DNA of 64,000 nucleotides from Octopus vulgaris (GCA_951406725.2 OX597824.1:28396001-28460000), one strand, 5' to 3'; positions 13,574 through 28,544 are shown, counted from the stretch's first letter. The notes: generated by a model not told the origin, from the sequence alone. Program-made: numbers and translations.

Positions 13574-14344
13574 TGTGTGTATGCAGGTATGTAAATTGAC
13601 ATAGATGTCTTTATGTGAAAGAGCTTGGAAATATTTTTTGTACAGTCTTCTGAAGGTTTGAGTGTATGCGAGTTCGCTCGCACGCCTGCGAACGTATTTG
13701 TCTGGATGTAGTTAAGCTTAGTGTTCGCACAGTGGCTAATTCCCATCTTCCATTACGTCTCTGTTTCTTTGTACAGATGCTTAAACCACAGAGAACAATA
13801 GCAAACAGCACGTCTGTATCTCAATAAATCAAACGTTAATCATACAACGCTGTCGAAAACTACAAATACAGGAACAGCTACTCTTCAAACACAAGCTACT
13901 AGACAGAAACCCACGAATGAGTCAGCATGCGGTTTCTCAACTTGCTAAAAATAGCAGCTACTTCTACCTTAATTATACCCTGTCTTCTTAAGAGGAAAGA
14001 CACCTTGTGTTATACAATGTGTAGATAAAATCCCTGAAAAGAATCACTGGATGGTCGTTGATACAATGCTTTTTACTACGCATCTGCTTCGTAAGGGTTG
14101 ATCTGCGGCTAAGCAACAACAGCTGTTAGACAGAAAAGTGTCTTATTACACCAAGGGTAACAATTACTATTGCTTTTTTTTGTTGTTTTTACTCTTTTTT
14201 TCCCCATTGTAGATCCGCTGTAATGAGAGAATATGTAAATAAACGAATGCGTCGCTGGCAAAGGAAACCCCAGCATCATGATCTCCACAATTGTTCCTAT
14301 AATTTATTGCTAATCATAATGCGGTGGACTGGAAAAAACATTAA

Positions 14345-15105
14345 CACTCCCGCCGAAATGCTTAGTAGTACGTCCTGAGTTCAAATTCCGCCGAGGTCGA
14401 CTTTGCCTTTCATCATTTCGGGGTCGATAAATTAAGTAGGAGTTACGCACTGAGGTCGATGTAATCGACTTAATCAGTTTGTCTATCCTTGTTTGTCCTC
14501 TATATGTGTAGCCCCTTATGGGTAGTAAAGAAATAGGTATTTCGTCTGATGTTACGTTCTGAGATCAAATTTCCCCGAGGTCCTCTTTGCCTTTCATCCT
14601 TTCCGGGTCGATAAATTAAGTACCAGTTAAGCATTGCGGTCGATTTAATCGACTTAATCCGTTTGTCTTTTCTTGTTTGTCCCCTCTATGTTTAGCCCCT
14701 TGTGGGCAATAAAGAAATAAGAAACTTTATCACGCCGGGCGAAATACTTAGCTGCATTTCGTCTGTCTAATTCCGACTTTGACACTCATCCTTTCGAGGT
14801 CGATAAATTAAGTACCAGTTGCGTACTGCGGTCGATCCACAAAATGTCGGGCTTTATGACTAGAGTAGAAAAGTATATTTTAACACTTTATGCGGTGAGC
14901 TGGCAGAAATTTTAGCACGCCGAGCGAAATACTTAGCGGTATTCCGTCCGTGTTTACGTTCTGAGTTCAAATTCCGCCGAGATCGACTTTGACTCTTATC
15001 CTTTCAGGGTCGATAAATTAAGTACCAGTTGCGTACTGGGGTCGATATTATCGACTGGCCCGCTTCCCTAAAATTTCGGTCCTTGTGTCTAGAATAGAAA
15101 AGAAT
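14345..15105 (+). mobile_element. Tandem array of four SINE group C units (Deu/Nin-domain-like core)
   Basis: Repeated GTCGACTTTGCCTTTCATCCTTTCGGGGTCGATAAATTAAGTACCAGTT-type core at about 14395, 14580, 14775 and 14985. Confidence 0.8.
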
Positions 15106-15747
15106 TTATTGCTAATCACCACCATAATCATCATCACCATCATTGCCATCATCATTATTATTGTCGTTGTCATCATCATCATCATTGCTAAAGCGGTGAG
15201 ATGACAGACTCGTTTGCACGTCGGGCAAAGTGTTTAATGGCGATTTTTGCCCTTCTTACGTTCTGAGTTCGAATTCCATTGATGTTGATATTTGATGGCA
15301 ACTAAATAAATACGAGTTAAATACGTGAGCGAATGTAATCGACAAGCCTTCTTCTCCTGAATATGACTAAAGTAGAAATTATTTGTATTATTATTAAGCG
15401 AGGAATTACCAAAATCTTTGCAATAGAAATAAAGATTTCGCAGCATTGCTTCCAGCTCTTTATGTTCCGAAATGAAATTCCGCCGAGTTCGAATTAGCAT
15501 TCATAACCGGTAAAATATTGTGAGTCGCAGAAATCTGGACACTATTGTGCAGAGGTTGTTGTTGTAGATGATGGTGGTGGTGATGGTGATAATGCTGCTG
15601 CTACTGCTGCTGCTGCTGATGATGATGGTGATGACCCGGAGGCTTAGAGAGTGGACAAAATTCTAAAATATGACCTATGAGCAAAAAAAAAGTAAAGAAG
15701 CCCTGGTTGGTGTCTGCGTCGAATTTTCACGAACAAAGACTTTAGAC

Positions 15748-15785
<38 letters not shown>

Positions 15786-16103
15786 ACTAATACTACAACT
15801 ACTTCGACGACTACTACTATATTACTACTAATACTACTACTATTATTAATACTAATACTCATGCTACTGTTGCTGTTGCTGATGATAAATATACTACTAG
15901 TACTATTACTACTACTACTGCTACTACTATTTCTACTGCTACTACTATTACGACTATAACTGCTACTACTACTACTACTACTACTACTACAACTACTACT
16001 GTTGCTGCTGCTACTGCTGTTACTACTATCACTGCTGCTTTTGCTGCTGCTGCTGCTGCTGCTACTACTACTACAACTAGTAGAAAAAATAACTGTAGTA
16101 GTA

Positions 16104-16148
<45 letters not shown>

Positions 16149-16173
16149 TGACTGATTACGACTATCGCTACAT

Positions 16174-16207
<34 letters not shown>
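15748..16207. repeat. Degenerate (ACT)n/(TAG)n/(GCT)n low-complexity block
   Basis: Direct inspection. Confidence 0.9.
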
Positions 16208-16387
16208 AATAGGCTTCCACAATACCAACAACAGCAATACTGTCACACTGGCACACTCCAAAAAACATTTCAATTATAATCACAAATTTCAGGGCCTCAG
16301 TAATTAACGCCATTACAATTTGTAACGTATTTACTGTTGACGCTGTCACTAACTGGATAAGCGTGGAAGAGCAAGAGTGGAAGGGTA

Positions 16388-16432
<45 letters not shown>

Positions 16433-16716
16433 AGGGGGGATATTTGTTACATTCACGCAAAAACAATAGAAATGACAGCAAGAAGAATTACAAAAATAAT
16501 AACAATAACAATAACAAAAACAAGGATAAATATAAACTGTGAAGTCCAAACACAATCACATCACAGACACAGCACAGCACGAACGGCTGCGAAGCAGAGA
16601 AAAATCATGGCGGACAATATACAAAGCAATTACGACGCACAGCGCATCTCTACTGACTTTCGAGAGATGCAGAACAGCTACGTAGAACACATATGCACAT
16701 ATGCCGGGCTGTAGAA

Positions 16717-16782
<66 letters not shown>

Positions 16783-18316
16783 GCATACACACACAGATTG
16801 AGACGTGCATATATGTACATTCAGACATGCAAACACGTACGCAGTGTGACACAACGCGTATACATACTCACGACACGCATACACACAAACACCCAGACAC
16901 ACAGAATGGGAGGCGCCTATACATACAATACACATACATACAAACCCACAGTGAAACACACACTCTTAGACACGCTTATACACACACACACACACACACA
17001 CCATCTGCATACACACAAACAGAAATACACACAGATTGTAAGACATGCATATACATACACAAATAAGGCATACACGATAACTTACAGACAATCACGGAGC
17101 GCGGGATATACTTATATCCATACGCACAACACGCGTACACACATGCACACAAACACAAAAACATACAGAGGGTGTGAGCGATGCATTTACATACACACAA
17201 CACACATGCACACTAACATACACGCAGTATGTGATACAACACACACACGCACACGCATAAAGACACACATACAGTTTGAGAAATGCATATAGACACACAA
17301 CACGCAACACAAAACACGCACACAGTCTAAGACATGCATATGCATACGCACAGACACACACGCACACGACATACATACACACACACACGCACACACAGAG
17401 AAACAACGTGAGGTATACGCATAGACATACGCACTCTCCCCTCATACGCAGACATTGAACGAAACATCAAACATTAAGCAGACATCCCCCAGAACCAAAT
17501 CTGTCTCTGCCTTCTCCTTCTACGTATTTATCTGGACAGTATAATGTCACGTTTAATGGCCCCCGTGTTGGAAGAAGACAATTTATCATAAGCTTCTGTT
17601 TGTTCAACCTTGATTTGCCTCCTTTCTGGATGTTGTCTTAAAAACGCAGAAAAGAAACTTTCAAGAACCAACCGGAAGAAAGGAAAAAGATGTGACACAA
17701 CAGAGGTGTCTTTGTTCTCTCCTTGTCTGGCCATTCTCTCATGAATCAGAACGTTCTATGAAGTATGTTAGACAAATGCATATTTAAATTAAGAAATATA
17801 CACGTAAGTGTATTCACATACGCAAGCACACAAAGAGGCACGGACGTATACACATACTCACACTCATATATATATATATGTAACACATACGCACACAAGA
17901 ATTCTTGACGTAGATGACACCAGGTAGCCCAAATGGTAAATGTGCTATAATCAGCATATTAAAAGACATATACCTAAAGTCCAAATAGTCACACACACAC
18001 ACACACACACATACATACACACACACACACACACACGTACACACACACACACACACACACACACGTACACACACATATATAAATAAGTTTGTTTACCCCA
18101 CTACCGAATGACAACCGGTGTTGGTGCTTCCGCCTCCCTAACTAAGCAATCCCGGCAAAATGTATCGATAGAATAAGTACCAGGCTTACGAAAGAAGTAC
18201 TGGAGTCGAGTCATTCGACTAAAATATCAATATAGTACCCCAGCACGGCCGCAGTTTAATGACTGAAGCAAGCAGAAGGATATATATATATATATATATA
18301 TGTATATATGTGAATA

Positions 18317-18720
18317 TCTATTATTTAAAATCTGTTCTGTTTGTCTGTGTGTGTGTGTCATCTAGGATCTCGGGCATCCTCCATCCGATTGCGCCCAAAT
18401 TTGATATGTAGATATGTAGATACCGACGGTATAATGGCGTGTATAATCTTGAAAATCTACAAAATTCGATTCCAGGTGAGAATGCGTTCGATAAAGCCGT
18501 GGCACCGTGCATTTGTACGCGCAAGTACATCAACTGTTGCGATCGATACTACGCGTACGCGAGAAAAATGCACGTGCAGTTTGCACAAAAAAGCCGGCTT
18601 GTTTGGTGTCTCAAATTTAGGTTAAATCAGTGTTTCTCAAAGGAGAGGCCTATGGGATGGTCGAACAAGTTGTTTTGAGAAAATTTGGGTTAAATGTTTG
18701 ACAACTCAGCGTTTTGCTCG
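18317..18720 (+). mobile_element. Probable non-autonomous Helitron-like element
   Basis: Starts TCTATTATTTAAAA then a (GT) tract and ATCTCGG...CCGATTGCGCCCAAATTTG; 3' end degenerate (GCTCG, not CTAG). Confidence 0.4.
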
Positions 18721-18777
18721 TATGTATATGTACGTGTGTTTGCATGTGTGTGTGTGTCTGTGTGTGCGTGTGTGTGT

Positions 18778-19136
18778 GGAGGTGCAATGGCCCAGTGGTT
18801 AGGGCAGCGGACTCGCGGTTTCGATTCCCAGACCGGGTGTTGTGAGTGTTTATTGAGAGAAAACACTTAAAGGTCAGCGAGGCAGGGGTGGTAGTGAACC
18901 CTGCTGTACGCTTTCACCACAACTTCCCCTCTCTCTTTCTTCTTGCTTCTGTTGTACCTGTATTTCAAAGGGCCAGCCTTGTCAAACTCTGTGTCATGCC
19001 GAATCTCAACGAGAACTACGTTAAAGGTTCTCGTGTCTGTGGAGTGCTCAGCCAGTTGCACGTTAATTTCACGAGCAGGCTGTTCCGTTGATCGGATCAA
19101 CTGGAACACTCGACGTTGTTACCGACGGAGTGCCAC

Positions 19137-19137
<1 letters not shown>
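18778..19137 (+). mobile_element. SINE group B (head 1 + tail 1)
   Basis: A box TGGCCCAGTGG, B box GTTTCGATTCC; tail ...AGCAGGCTGTTCCGTTGATCGGAT...ACCGACGGAGTGC. Confidence 0.85.
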
Positions 19138-19219
<82 letters not shown>

Positions 19220-19394
19220 ATATATGTATATAAAATTAAGGAGGAGAGAAAACAAATTCAAAGGTCAATGTATATATTCATTCAATCCATATTAGCGAAA
19301 TTCTCCATGGTACACAAAATATATACATAGATGCATTCATATATATGATATATAAAAAATTTCTAATAATTCACAAACACACACGCATACACAC

Positions 19395-19475
<81 letters not shown>

Positions 19476-19512
19476 AACACACATGTAAAAATCTAAATAA
19501 TAAAAAACATAA

Positions 19513-19761
19513 ATGTGCCCTTTTTAAAGCCTAGCCAGGCTCATGGGCCCGGTTTTCCCGTTTCAACGGCGTATGTGTTCCCCAGCTGGACAGGACGCCA
19601 GTCCATCGTAGCGTTACTCATTTTTGTCAGCTGTGTAGACTGAAGAAACGTGAAACGAAGTGTTTTGCTCAAGAACACAACGCGTCGCCCAGTCCAGGAA
19701 TGGAAACCACAACCTTACGATTAAGGTGCTGACACCCTAACCACTAAGCCACGCCCCTCGA
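19513..19761 (-). mobile_element. tRNA-derived SINE (head 2 + tail 3)
   Basis: Minus strand TGGCTTAGTGG A box, TTGTGTTCTTGAGCAAAACACTT, tail GGCGTCCTGTCCAG...GAAAACCGGGCCCATGAG. Confidence 0.8.
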
Positions 19762-20115
19762 CCATGTAAAATATATAATGCGTTCTATATTAAGTATACC
19801 GCATTACTGTATTTTTATTGTCATAAGTATTTACTTACGCTCTGGGCTTCATTTAATCCGTTCTGCTTTGAATGTACCCAACATTAATGATTTTACTAAT
19901 AGAATTAGTAAAATTAATTCCATTAATAAACCACTATGTAATTATTGCAAAGCTTCATACGTATTTCAATTGTTGAGACAGAAATTTATGAATATAGGTT
20001 TTACATTTACTTTTACATCTATTTCCTATATTATTATTCTTTAACTCTCCTCTGTTCAAAGAAATATTATACACACACACACACACACTTATATATATAT
20101 GTATATATTTCTTTA

Positions 20116-20156
<41 letters not shown>

Positions 20157-20197
20157 GTGAAATCGGTTAGAGGAATATTTGTTCATTAGTAAAATCA

Positions 20198-20242
<45 letters not shown>

Positions 20243-20449
20243 AAACTTATACAATCTTATAAGTGTAATTTCATACGTTTCCATTTGTACAGGTATAAAT
20301 ATGAAATTATTAACGCGTACAAATAAATAAGACTTCTCATAAATGCATGCAAACAGTCATGGAAAACAATCCAGAAACGAGACTGAGACGCTTTCAATCA
20401 TGCGTACAATCTTCAATGTCCTGACCGATTCATGTATATCTCTTCTGAA

Positions 20450-20740
20450 GCACTCCGTCGGTTACGACGACGAGGGTTCCGGTTGATCCGAATCAACGGA
20501 ACAGCCTGCTCGTGAAATTAACGTGTAAGTGGCTCAGCACTCCACAGACACGTGTACCCTTAACGTAGTTCTCGGAGATATTCAGCGTGACACAGAGAGT
20601 GACAAGGCCGGCCCTTTGAAATACAGGTACAACAGAAACAGGAAGTAAGAGTGAGAGAAAGTTGTGGTGAAAGAGCACAGCAGGGATCACCACCATCCCC
20701 TGCCGGAGCCTCGTGGAGCTTTAGGTGTTTTCGCTCAATA
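20450..20740 (-). mobile_element. SINE group B (5'-truncated head 1 + tail 1)
   Basis: Reverse complement of 44835-45128. Confidence 0.85.
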
Positions 20741-21209
20741 AGTATATAATATATGGATTTACAAATACAATGGTTACGCAAACGCGACAGTTGAGGAAAA
20801 CGCGTAACGGTTCAAAGAGAATAGGTAAAAAGAAAAGAAAAAAGATTTAGCACATTCTTTGTTTTGTCAAAAAGTAAACGTAGGTCAAATGTGAAAGGTA
20901 AAAGTGAAAATATTTATTGCAATAAAAATCGATTGATTCAATTTCTAGCTATTAATTAATGTATCGTCGAGACGATTTTCTACAACAGAGTGAGCATTCC
21001 ATACGCTTCCATTAGATTTATTCCATACCTACATAACTGTGTCTCTTTAATTCTCTCCCCATCACTCTTTATATATATATATATATATAATCCAAACGGA
21101 AACAAAAAACAACAACAAAGGAACAATTAGTATATATTTATTGTATTAATTATATATATTTATATATATATAAAAATTAATAATATGGAAAACATATAAA
21201 GGTCAAAAT

Positions 21210-21251
<42 letters not shown>

Positions 21252-21557
21252 TTATTAATAATTCTATTACAAGTGGCTTAGCGTGCAAAAATTTAGTCAA
21301 TAGGATATATATTTTAATTTACAACTGGTGTTGCTTCGTCAGTTGTAAATTAAATTTGTGTTATTTTAATTTATATAAGATTGCAGAAACTATGCATAGT
21401 CCAGGAAAAATAAGGTAAATGCTTTTATTTTTCATTCCCTTTCAGAATTACAACTATTAGGTGGCTTGGAGTTTTAACTGCTCTTTCAAGTGAATCAGAT
21501 GTCCTATTATTGGTAATCTCTTATGTGTTTAAATGTACACTGTATATATATATATAG

Positions 21558-21770
21558 ATCGCCATGTTGATTCGCTAGCTTCTGCGCACAATTTTTTTCT
21601 CTCCTGTTTCTTTGTGTGTTTCTTTTCTGTGTATCTTTCTGTTGAAGAGCGTAGGCTCGAAACGTAAAAGACTTGTTTTATTTATATTCCTGAGCGCCAT
21701 ACTAATACAATTGTTTGTTTATATTCCACCTGCCTTCGTCTTTTGTTCATTTTCATAAAGCTTCCCGTTA
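21558..21770 (+). mobile_element. Penelope-like terminal fragment with hammerhead-like motif, in (TA)n
   Basis: 21634-21671 TCTTT-CTGTTGA-A-GAGC-GTAG-GCTC-GAAA-CG-TA-AAAGA. Confidence 0.6.
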
Positions 21771-21785
21771 TATATATATACATAC

Positions 21786-21867
<82 letters not shown>

Positions 21868-22251
21868 ACGTGAGCTTCACTACAACTTTTTCAGACGTGT
21901 TTTATGTGGTGAATCTCAACCAATCTATGTTAATTTTACTTCACCATGCTCAGAACCTTCCCTACGTTAGACCTTGAGCTTTCAGAGGATCGTGGAACAT
22001 GTGCCAGAGTATGCTCATGTGTGATTTTTAAGTATACATTGTGTACTTTTCCTATATTTGTCTACCTTCATAACTTTGTTATTTGAATACCTTCATTCCC
22101 TTGGATCCTGAAAATTTTATTATATACAGTATATATGTGTGTGTACTGCTGTCAAATCATTCGACTAAAAATCAAGGCGTCTAATCGCCGAAAGAAATGA
22201 AAGATAAAGCGAGTTAGATACATATAGATATGTATACATATATGTTTACGA

Positions 22252-22481
22252 GGCGGCGATCTGGCAGAAACGTTAGCACGCCGGGCGAAATGCGTAGCCG
22301 TATTTCGTCTGCCGCTACGTTATGGGCTCAAATTCCGCCGAGGTCGACTTTGCCTTTCATCCTTTCGGGGTCGATAAATTAAGTACCAGTTATGCAGTGG
22401 GGTCGATATAATCAACTTAATCCGTTTGTCTGTCCTTGTTTGTCCCCTCTATGTTTAGCCCCTTGTGGGTAGTAAAGAAAT
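22252..22481 (+). mobile_element. SINE group C, full-length monomer
   Basis: GGCGGCGA.CTGGCAGAAACGTTAGCACGCCGGG...TCAAATTCCGCCGAGGTCGAC...TAAAGAAA; near-identical to 25742-25970. Confidence 0.85.
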
Positions 22482-22490
22482 ATATATGTG

Positions 22491-23010
22491 TACGAGGGGA
22501 CACCCAGAAGAAACCGGAATTTTGCAATATTATATTATTCAATTTGTTTTACATGTTTACACTTATATCGTTTTCAAAGTATTCTCCATGTGAAGTAATG
22601 CATTGATCCAGGCGCGTTTTCCACTACTCGAAACAGTGCAGGAACTCTTACGAAGTGATGTTATTCATCACCTGCATCGTTTTATCCTTCACCGCTTCCA
22701 CATCTGCAAATTCCGTAGCATTAGCTGACATCATCTGTGATGACCTTCCACAATTCTTTCAGTTCAGGACACGCATTCAATCGTGACTGCTTTTGACCTT
22801 CCGTGAGCAAGCGAGGCACATAATTTTGCTGCAACAATTTTCATTCGCAACTTCTTGCTCTAAATTCGTTGGCAGGAGCTCCAGGACGCACCAGTTGTAT
22901 CAACAAGTTCATCAAGTGTTCGCTGACGGTCTTCCAAGATAATTTGATGAATTTTCATGACGTTTTCATTCGTTCGAGAGATCGACGGCCGTCGCTAACT
23001 AATGACACCG
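22491..23010 (-). mobile_element. Internally deleted mariner element
   Basis: TA-CGAGGG terminus; minus strand encodes C-terminal WKTRLDQCITSHGEYFE and N-terminal VPRLLTEGQKQSR motifs. Confidence 0.7.
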
Positions 23011-23091
23011 GTCGGCAGAATAATGACTAATGCTAGTGTGTGTGTGAATGTGTGTATGTGTGTGTGTATGTGTGTGTGTGTATACATATAT

Positions 23092-23515
23092 TCTTTTTTA
23101 TATGTTTCACTCATTTGACTGCAGGCATACTGGAGCACCGCCTTTAGTCAAACAGATAGGCACCAGGACTTAAACTTTGTAAGCGTATTAATTATTTTAT
23201 CGGTCTCTTATGCCGAACCGCTAAGTTACGGGGATGTAACTTTGCGATTCGGCTACTCACCAACATCAGTCGTCTAGCGATGGTGGAGTGGTGGAGACAA
23301 ACACAAAGGCACAAACATATATGTACACACACTTTTGTATATATATATATACGTCAGGCTTCTTTCAGTTTCCGTCTACTAAATCCACTCACAAGACTTT
23401 GGTCGGCCCGATGCAATAGTAGAAGACACTTGCCCAAGGTACCAGGCAGTGGGACTGAACCCGGAACCATGTGGCTGGTACGCAAGTGACTTTACCACAC
23501 AGCCTCTCCTGCGGC
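23092..23515 (-). mobile_element. SINE group A
   Basis: Reverse complement of 36076-36522. Confidence 0.8.
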
Positions 23516-23545
23516 TATATATAAACATATGTATATGCAAACATG

Positions 23546-23833
23546 GAAGCGCAATGGCCCAGTGGTTAGGGCAGCGGACTCGCGGTCGCAGGATTGCTGT
23601 TTCGATTCCCAGACCAGGCGTTGTGAGTGTTTATTGAGCGAAAACACCTAAAAGCTCCACGAGGCTCCGGCAGGGGGTGGTGGTGATCCCTGGTGTACTC
23701 TTTCACCACTCTTTCTTCTGTTGGCCTGCTCGCTTAGCCAGCGCGGTGGCGTCATTCGAAGGCTAAAACAATGCGAACGCATTGTGACCAGCCATGTGTA
23801 GCTACATCTGATGGACTGGTCGGTCACGAGATG
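23546..23833 (+). mobile_element. SINE group B (head 1 + tail 2)
   Basis: Head as 18778; tail GGCGTCATTCGAAGGCTAAAACAATGCGAACGCATTGTGACCAG; matches 46811-47103. Confidence 0.85.
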
Positions 23834-24240
23834 GTGATGGTGATATGCAAACATACATTTATGTAGGCGTGTGAAATATATATTCATATAGGCGAGAAGA
23901 TAAACAAAAAGACTCATGAAAACAAAGTTGGTAATTCCATAATTCCGACAGAAAAATAAAAAGGGATTTTGTTTATTCAACGGCTCTGAGATGGCAATAT
24001 TATATTCATAAATCTGCTAAGAATACTTAAAATATATATATCTAACAATAAAAACTCACATACACACACACATACACGCACACACTCATACATATGTGCG
24101 TGTGTGTATGAATGTATGCATTTATGTATGTAGGTTTATATATGTACATGTAAGAACATTTTATTGTCAAGTCACATATAAGCACCATCTTAAACACTAA
24201 TTCACACACATACACACATATATATATATGTGTGTGTGTG

Positions 24241-24276
<36 letters not shown>

Positions 24277-24284
24277 ATAACAAT

Positions 24285-24700
24285 ATAATAAATAAAACAT
24301 ATGCATATATACATACATATATGTACATACTTAAATCTATATGTATATATATACATGCATATATGCGTACAGGACACCACAAATAAACGTAGAACACAAC
24401 GAGAAACGAAAACATAAAATCAAACAAGGAAACGGACTTTTTTTAACAACGAAAAAACAGAGTACAGGACAAACAATACAAGGAAAATTCCCCTTCATCA
24501 GCTGCCCCTGGTTCCACTCAATGCGTGTTTCGAAGGTAAGGGCAGAACACGATCCGTCCGAAACAGTCCTTCCTGCAAAAGGAATTAAATAAAATTCTTT
24601 TACAGAGGGGTAAAACAAGTGACAAGAACAGAACGTAAAAGCAATACAAATGAAGAAAAAACAGTAGAAAAAACAGTACAAATAAAGAATAACAGGACGG
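24285..24700 (-). mobile_element. Unclassified (TA)n-associated repeat with CTGATGAAGGG motif
   Basis: Closely similar to 50040-50456 over about 400 bp. Confidence 0.7.
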
Positions 24701-24806
24701 TGGAAAAATTCGTTAGTGTGTTATGTCATACCCTGATATCGTGTGTTTGAGCTAATTCAGTTATATATGTATGTTTGTGTCTGTTTCATGTGTGTGTGTG
24801 AGTGTG

Positions 24807-24839
<33 letters not shown>

Positions 24840-25268
24840 TGCGCGCGTAAACTATTGCGAGTGCACTTGTTCATTCGCAAATTTGTACAGATTTCAGTAT
24901 CTTTCTTTTCTCTTTCTCTCGCTACTTCACCTAATTTCATTATTTCTCTTTTGTAGGGTGGCGAGCTCACTGAATGTGTAAGGGTGTTTCGTCCGTCAGT
25001 AAGTTCTGAGTTCAAATTCCGCCGAGGTCTACTTTGCCTTTCATCGTTTCGGGGTCGATAAATTCAGTACCAGTTACGCACTGGAGTCGATGTAATCGAT
25101 TATCCTCCTCCCCTAATTTTCAGGTCTCGTGCCTATAGTAGAAAGAAAGAATTATTTCTCTTTTGTCTATCAGATTCTCATTCTTTCCCCGTCTCTCTCC
25201 CGCTCTCTGACATTCCACTCTCTTTCTCTCTTAACGTCTGTCTCTCTGCTTTTTTATTTAATTTTTAT

Positions 25269-25309
<41 letters not shown>

Positions 25310-25664
25310 GATACTCTCATTTCCTCTTCATTTCTCTATCTCTATCGCGTTCTTTCCCTCTCATTATCCTCCTCTTCTTCAACCTATTTTGAGTTCTTTC
25401 TTCCTCTTACAGTTTCCTCCATGTTATTGCATAACTACACGAACACAATGCATATACACATCCAAAATCTTACACAGAAGCAAAATACACACACACATAC
25501 ACACACTCATACATACATATATCTATGTATATATATATACGCATATCTATATCTATAGTAAATATTGTCAAGCTCCCTTTTCAGTATGTAAGATAGAAAT
25601 TTAAATGTAATATAAATGTAATACGTGATAGCTGTAAACCTACTTTTGGGCCACCCTGTATATT

Positions 25665-25739
<75 letters not shown>

Positions 25740-25741
25740 AA

Positions 25742-25970
25742 GGCGGCGAACTGGCAGAAACGTTAGCACGCCGGGAGAAATGCGTAGCCGTATTTCGTCT
25801 GCCGTTACATTCTGGGTTCAAATTCCGCCGAGGTCGACTTTGCCTTTCATCCTTTCGGGGTCGATAAATTAAGTACCAGTTACGCACTGGAGTCGATATA
25901 ATCGACTTAATCCGTTTATCTGTCCTTGTTTGTCCCCTCTGTGTTTAGCCCCTTGTGGGAAGTAAAGAAA
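25742..25970 (+). mobile_element. SINE group C
   Basis: Near-identical to 22252-22481; further copies at 24958-25152, 53021-53234 and (minus) 58677-59114. Confidence 0.85.
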
Positions 25971-26214
25971 AACAAAAAATATATATATATGTATTTAAGT
26001 ATGTATGTATGTATGTATGTATAAACGAGCATGTATGTGCGCTATCAGTGGATATTTACATATATTTAAATTGGTGCTCTTATCCTTGCCTATTTATCTT
26101 TTTCCCTCTGTCTGTCTGTCTGTTTCACACTCTCTCTCTCTCTCTTGCTCTATTTCTCTCTCACTCGCTCTTTCTCTTTCTCGCTCTCTGTCTGTCTATC
26201 TACCTATCTATCTT

Positions 26215-26285
<71 letters not shown>

Positions 26286-26338
26286 CTCTTTCTATCTATC
26301 TCTCTTTCTATCTATCTCTCTTTCTATCTATCTCTCTT

Positions 26339-26409
<71 letters not shown>

Positions 26410-26891
26410 GCTTGTCTATCTATCAATCTATCTAACCGTTCATCTACCAATCTACATAGCAAGCTAGGTGGTTACATTCTCGTCGCCCAAATACATAGAT
26501 ACACTTACATACATATATATATATATATATATATACCTGTATATATATATATATATATATATATACAGGTATATATATATACCTATTTATTTTTTATCTA
26601 TGTATAATACGTATGTATCCATGTAATATATGCATGTATATAACAAAGTAGATTTCATTATGTCTTGAGTAGACATATTTGCAAGCATGCAGTCCATGAT
26701 TTATATTCTGAGAATCACCTGGATAGGTCATAAATATGAACGACAACCATAAAACACTTGCATTCATTCTGCGATTACTCGTAAACATATAAGCAGATTA
26801 CTGAGAAGTTGAACGTCCCTTGACTATTAATATGCTGCGAACATTCACAATAGGTTGTTGACATAAACATACATATGTCCGTATATATATG

Positions 26892-26933
<42 letters not shown>

Positions 26934-26939
26934 TGTATA

Positions 26940-27002
<63 letters not shown>

Positions 27003-27245
27003 GATATATACATATATATATATACATATATATACATATTTATACATATATATATATATATACATACACATACATATTTATACATATATATATATATATA
27101 CATACACATACATATTTATATATATATATACATTATATATATTTATACATATATATATGCATATATACATATGTATAAATATATATGCATACACACACAC
27201 ACATATATATATACGCACATATATGCTTATATATGTAGGTGTTTA

Positions 27246-27327
<82 letters not shown>

Positions 27328-27831
27328 TATGTATTTAAATACAAACACACACACACACACACATATGTATATATATTATAAGTATGCTTATCTGTCTTTT
27401 ATATAGGTATTATGTATACGTGGGTGCTTGTGTGAGTGCATGTGTGTTCGTGGTGTGTTCGTGGTTTGTTTGTATGTGTGTGTGTGTCTGTGTGTGTGTA
27501 GCGAATTTCTGTACGTTTTTCTAAATATGCACGTACATATATTTATTGCTCACTCGCTCGCTGTCTCAGGCCGTCTCGTGCTATCTCACTCCCTCTTTGT
27601 CTCTCTGTATGACTCTCCCATCTAGCTACACACACAAGCACGAACAGACAGACATATATACATATATATGTATATATATATATGAACATACGTGTGTATA
27701 TATACACGCACACATACACACACACACACACACACACTCACACACATACTTATATGAGATATCCACAGATCGAGGAAACAATGATGCCATAAATAACAAG
27801 GCGGATAGCTAACCAGATAGATAGATACATA

Positions 27832-27866
<35 letters not shown>

Positions 27867-28331
27867 GGAGAGGACGAGAGCGAGAGGGAGAGAGAGAGCA
27901 TGACAGTGGATATAAAAAAATTATCATACTGATATGAAATCATATTTGTGCGAAAATATCATTATCAAATGGATACAAACAACCTTCTATGATATTAAAT
28001 TACTCTGGCTTAGTAATATGTGGTATATAAGTGAAAATTCTTTTATTCTTTTATATGCTGCGGTCATTTGACTGCAGCCATGATGGAGCATTGCCTTTAG
28101 TAGGACAAATCGACCCCAGGATTTATTCTTTGTAAGCCTAGTACATATTCTATCGGATCTCTTTTGCCGAAGCGCGAAGTTACGGAAGCGTAAATGCACC
28201 AACATCGGTTGTCAAACGATAGTGGGGCGACAAACACAGACACACACACATACAACGGGCTTCTTTCAGTATCTGTCTACCAAATCCACTCACAAGGTTT
28301 TTGTCGGCCTGCGCCTATATATATATATATA

Positions 28332-28381
<50 letters not shown>

Positions 28382-28544
28382 GATAATGCGATATGATTTT
28401 CGCCATATTTCAGCCATACATTGTTTGTTTGTTTTTTTGTTCGTTTTCTTTTCTTGTTTTACAGACTGTTACAACAACCATTTAAATGAATATTAGGAAA
28501 ATTGTTGCGCTGTCTTTCATATGGATATGTGTAAGCGAATTGAT

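Noticed and set aside
14345-15105. Regularly spaced repeats resembling a CRISPR array
   Set aside because: The intervening sequences are homologous to each other and to dispersed SINE copies; no cas genes; eukaryotic context.
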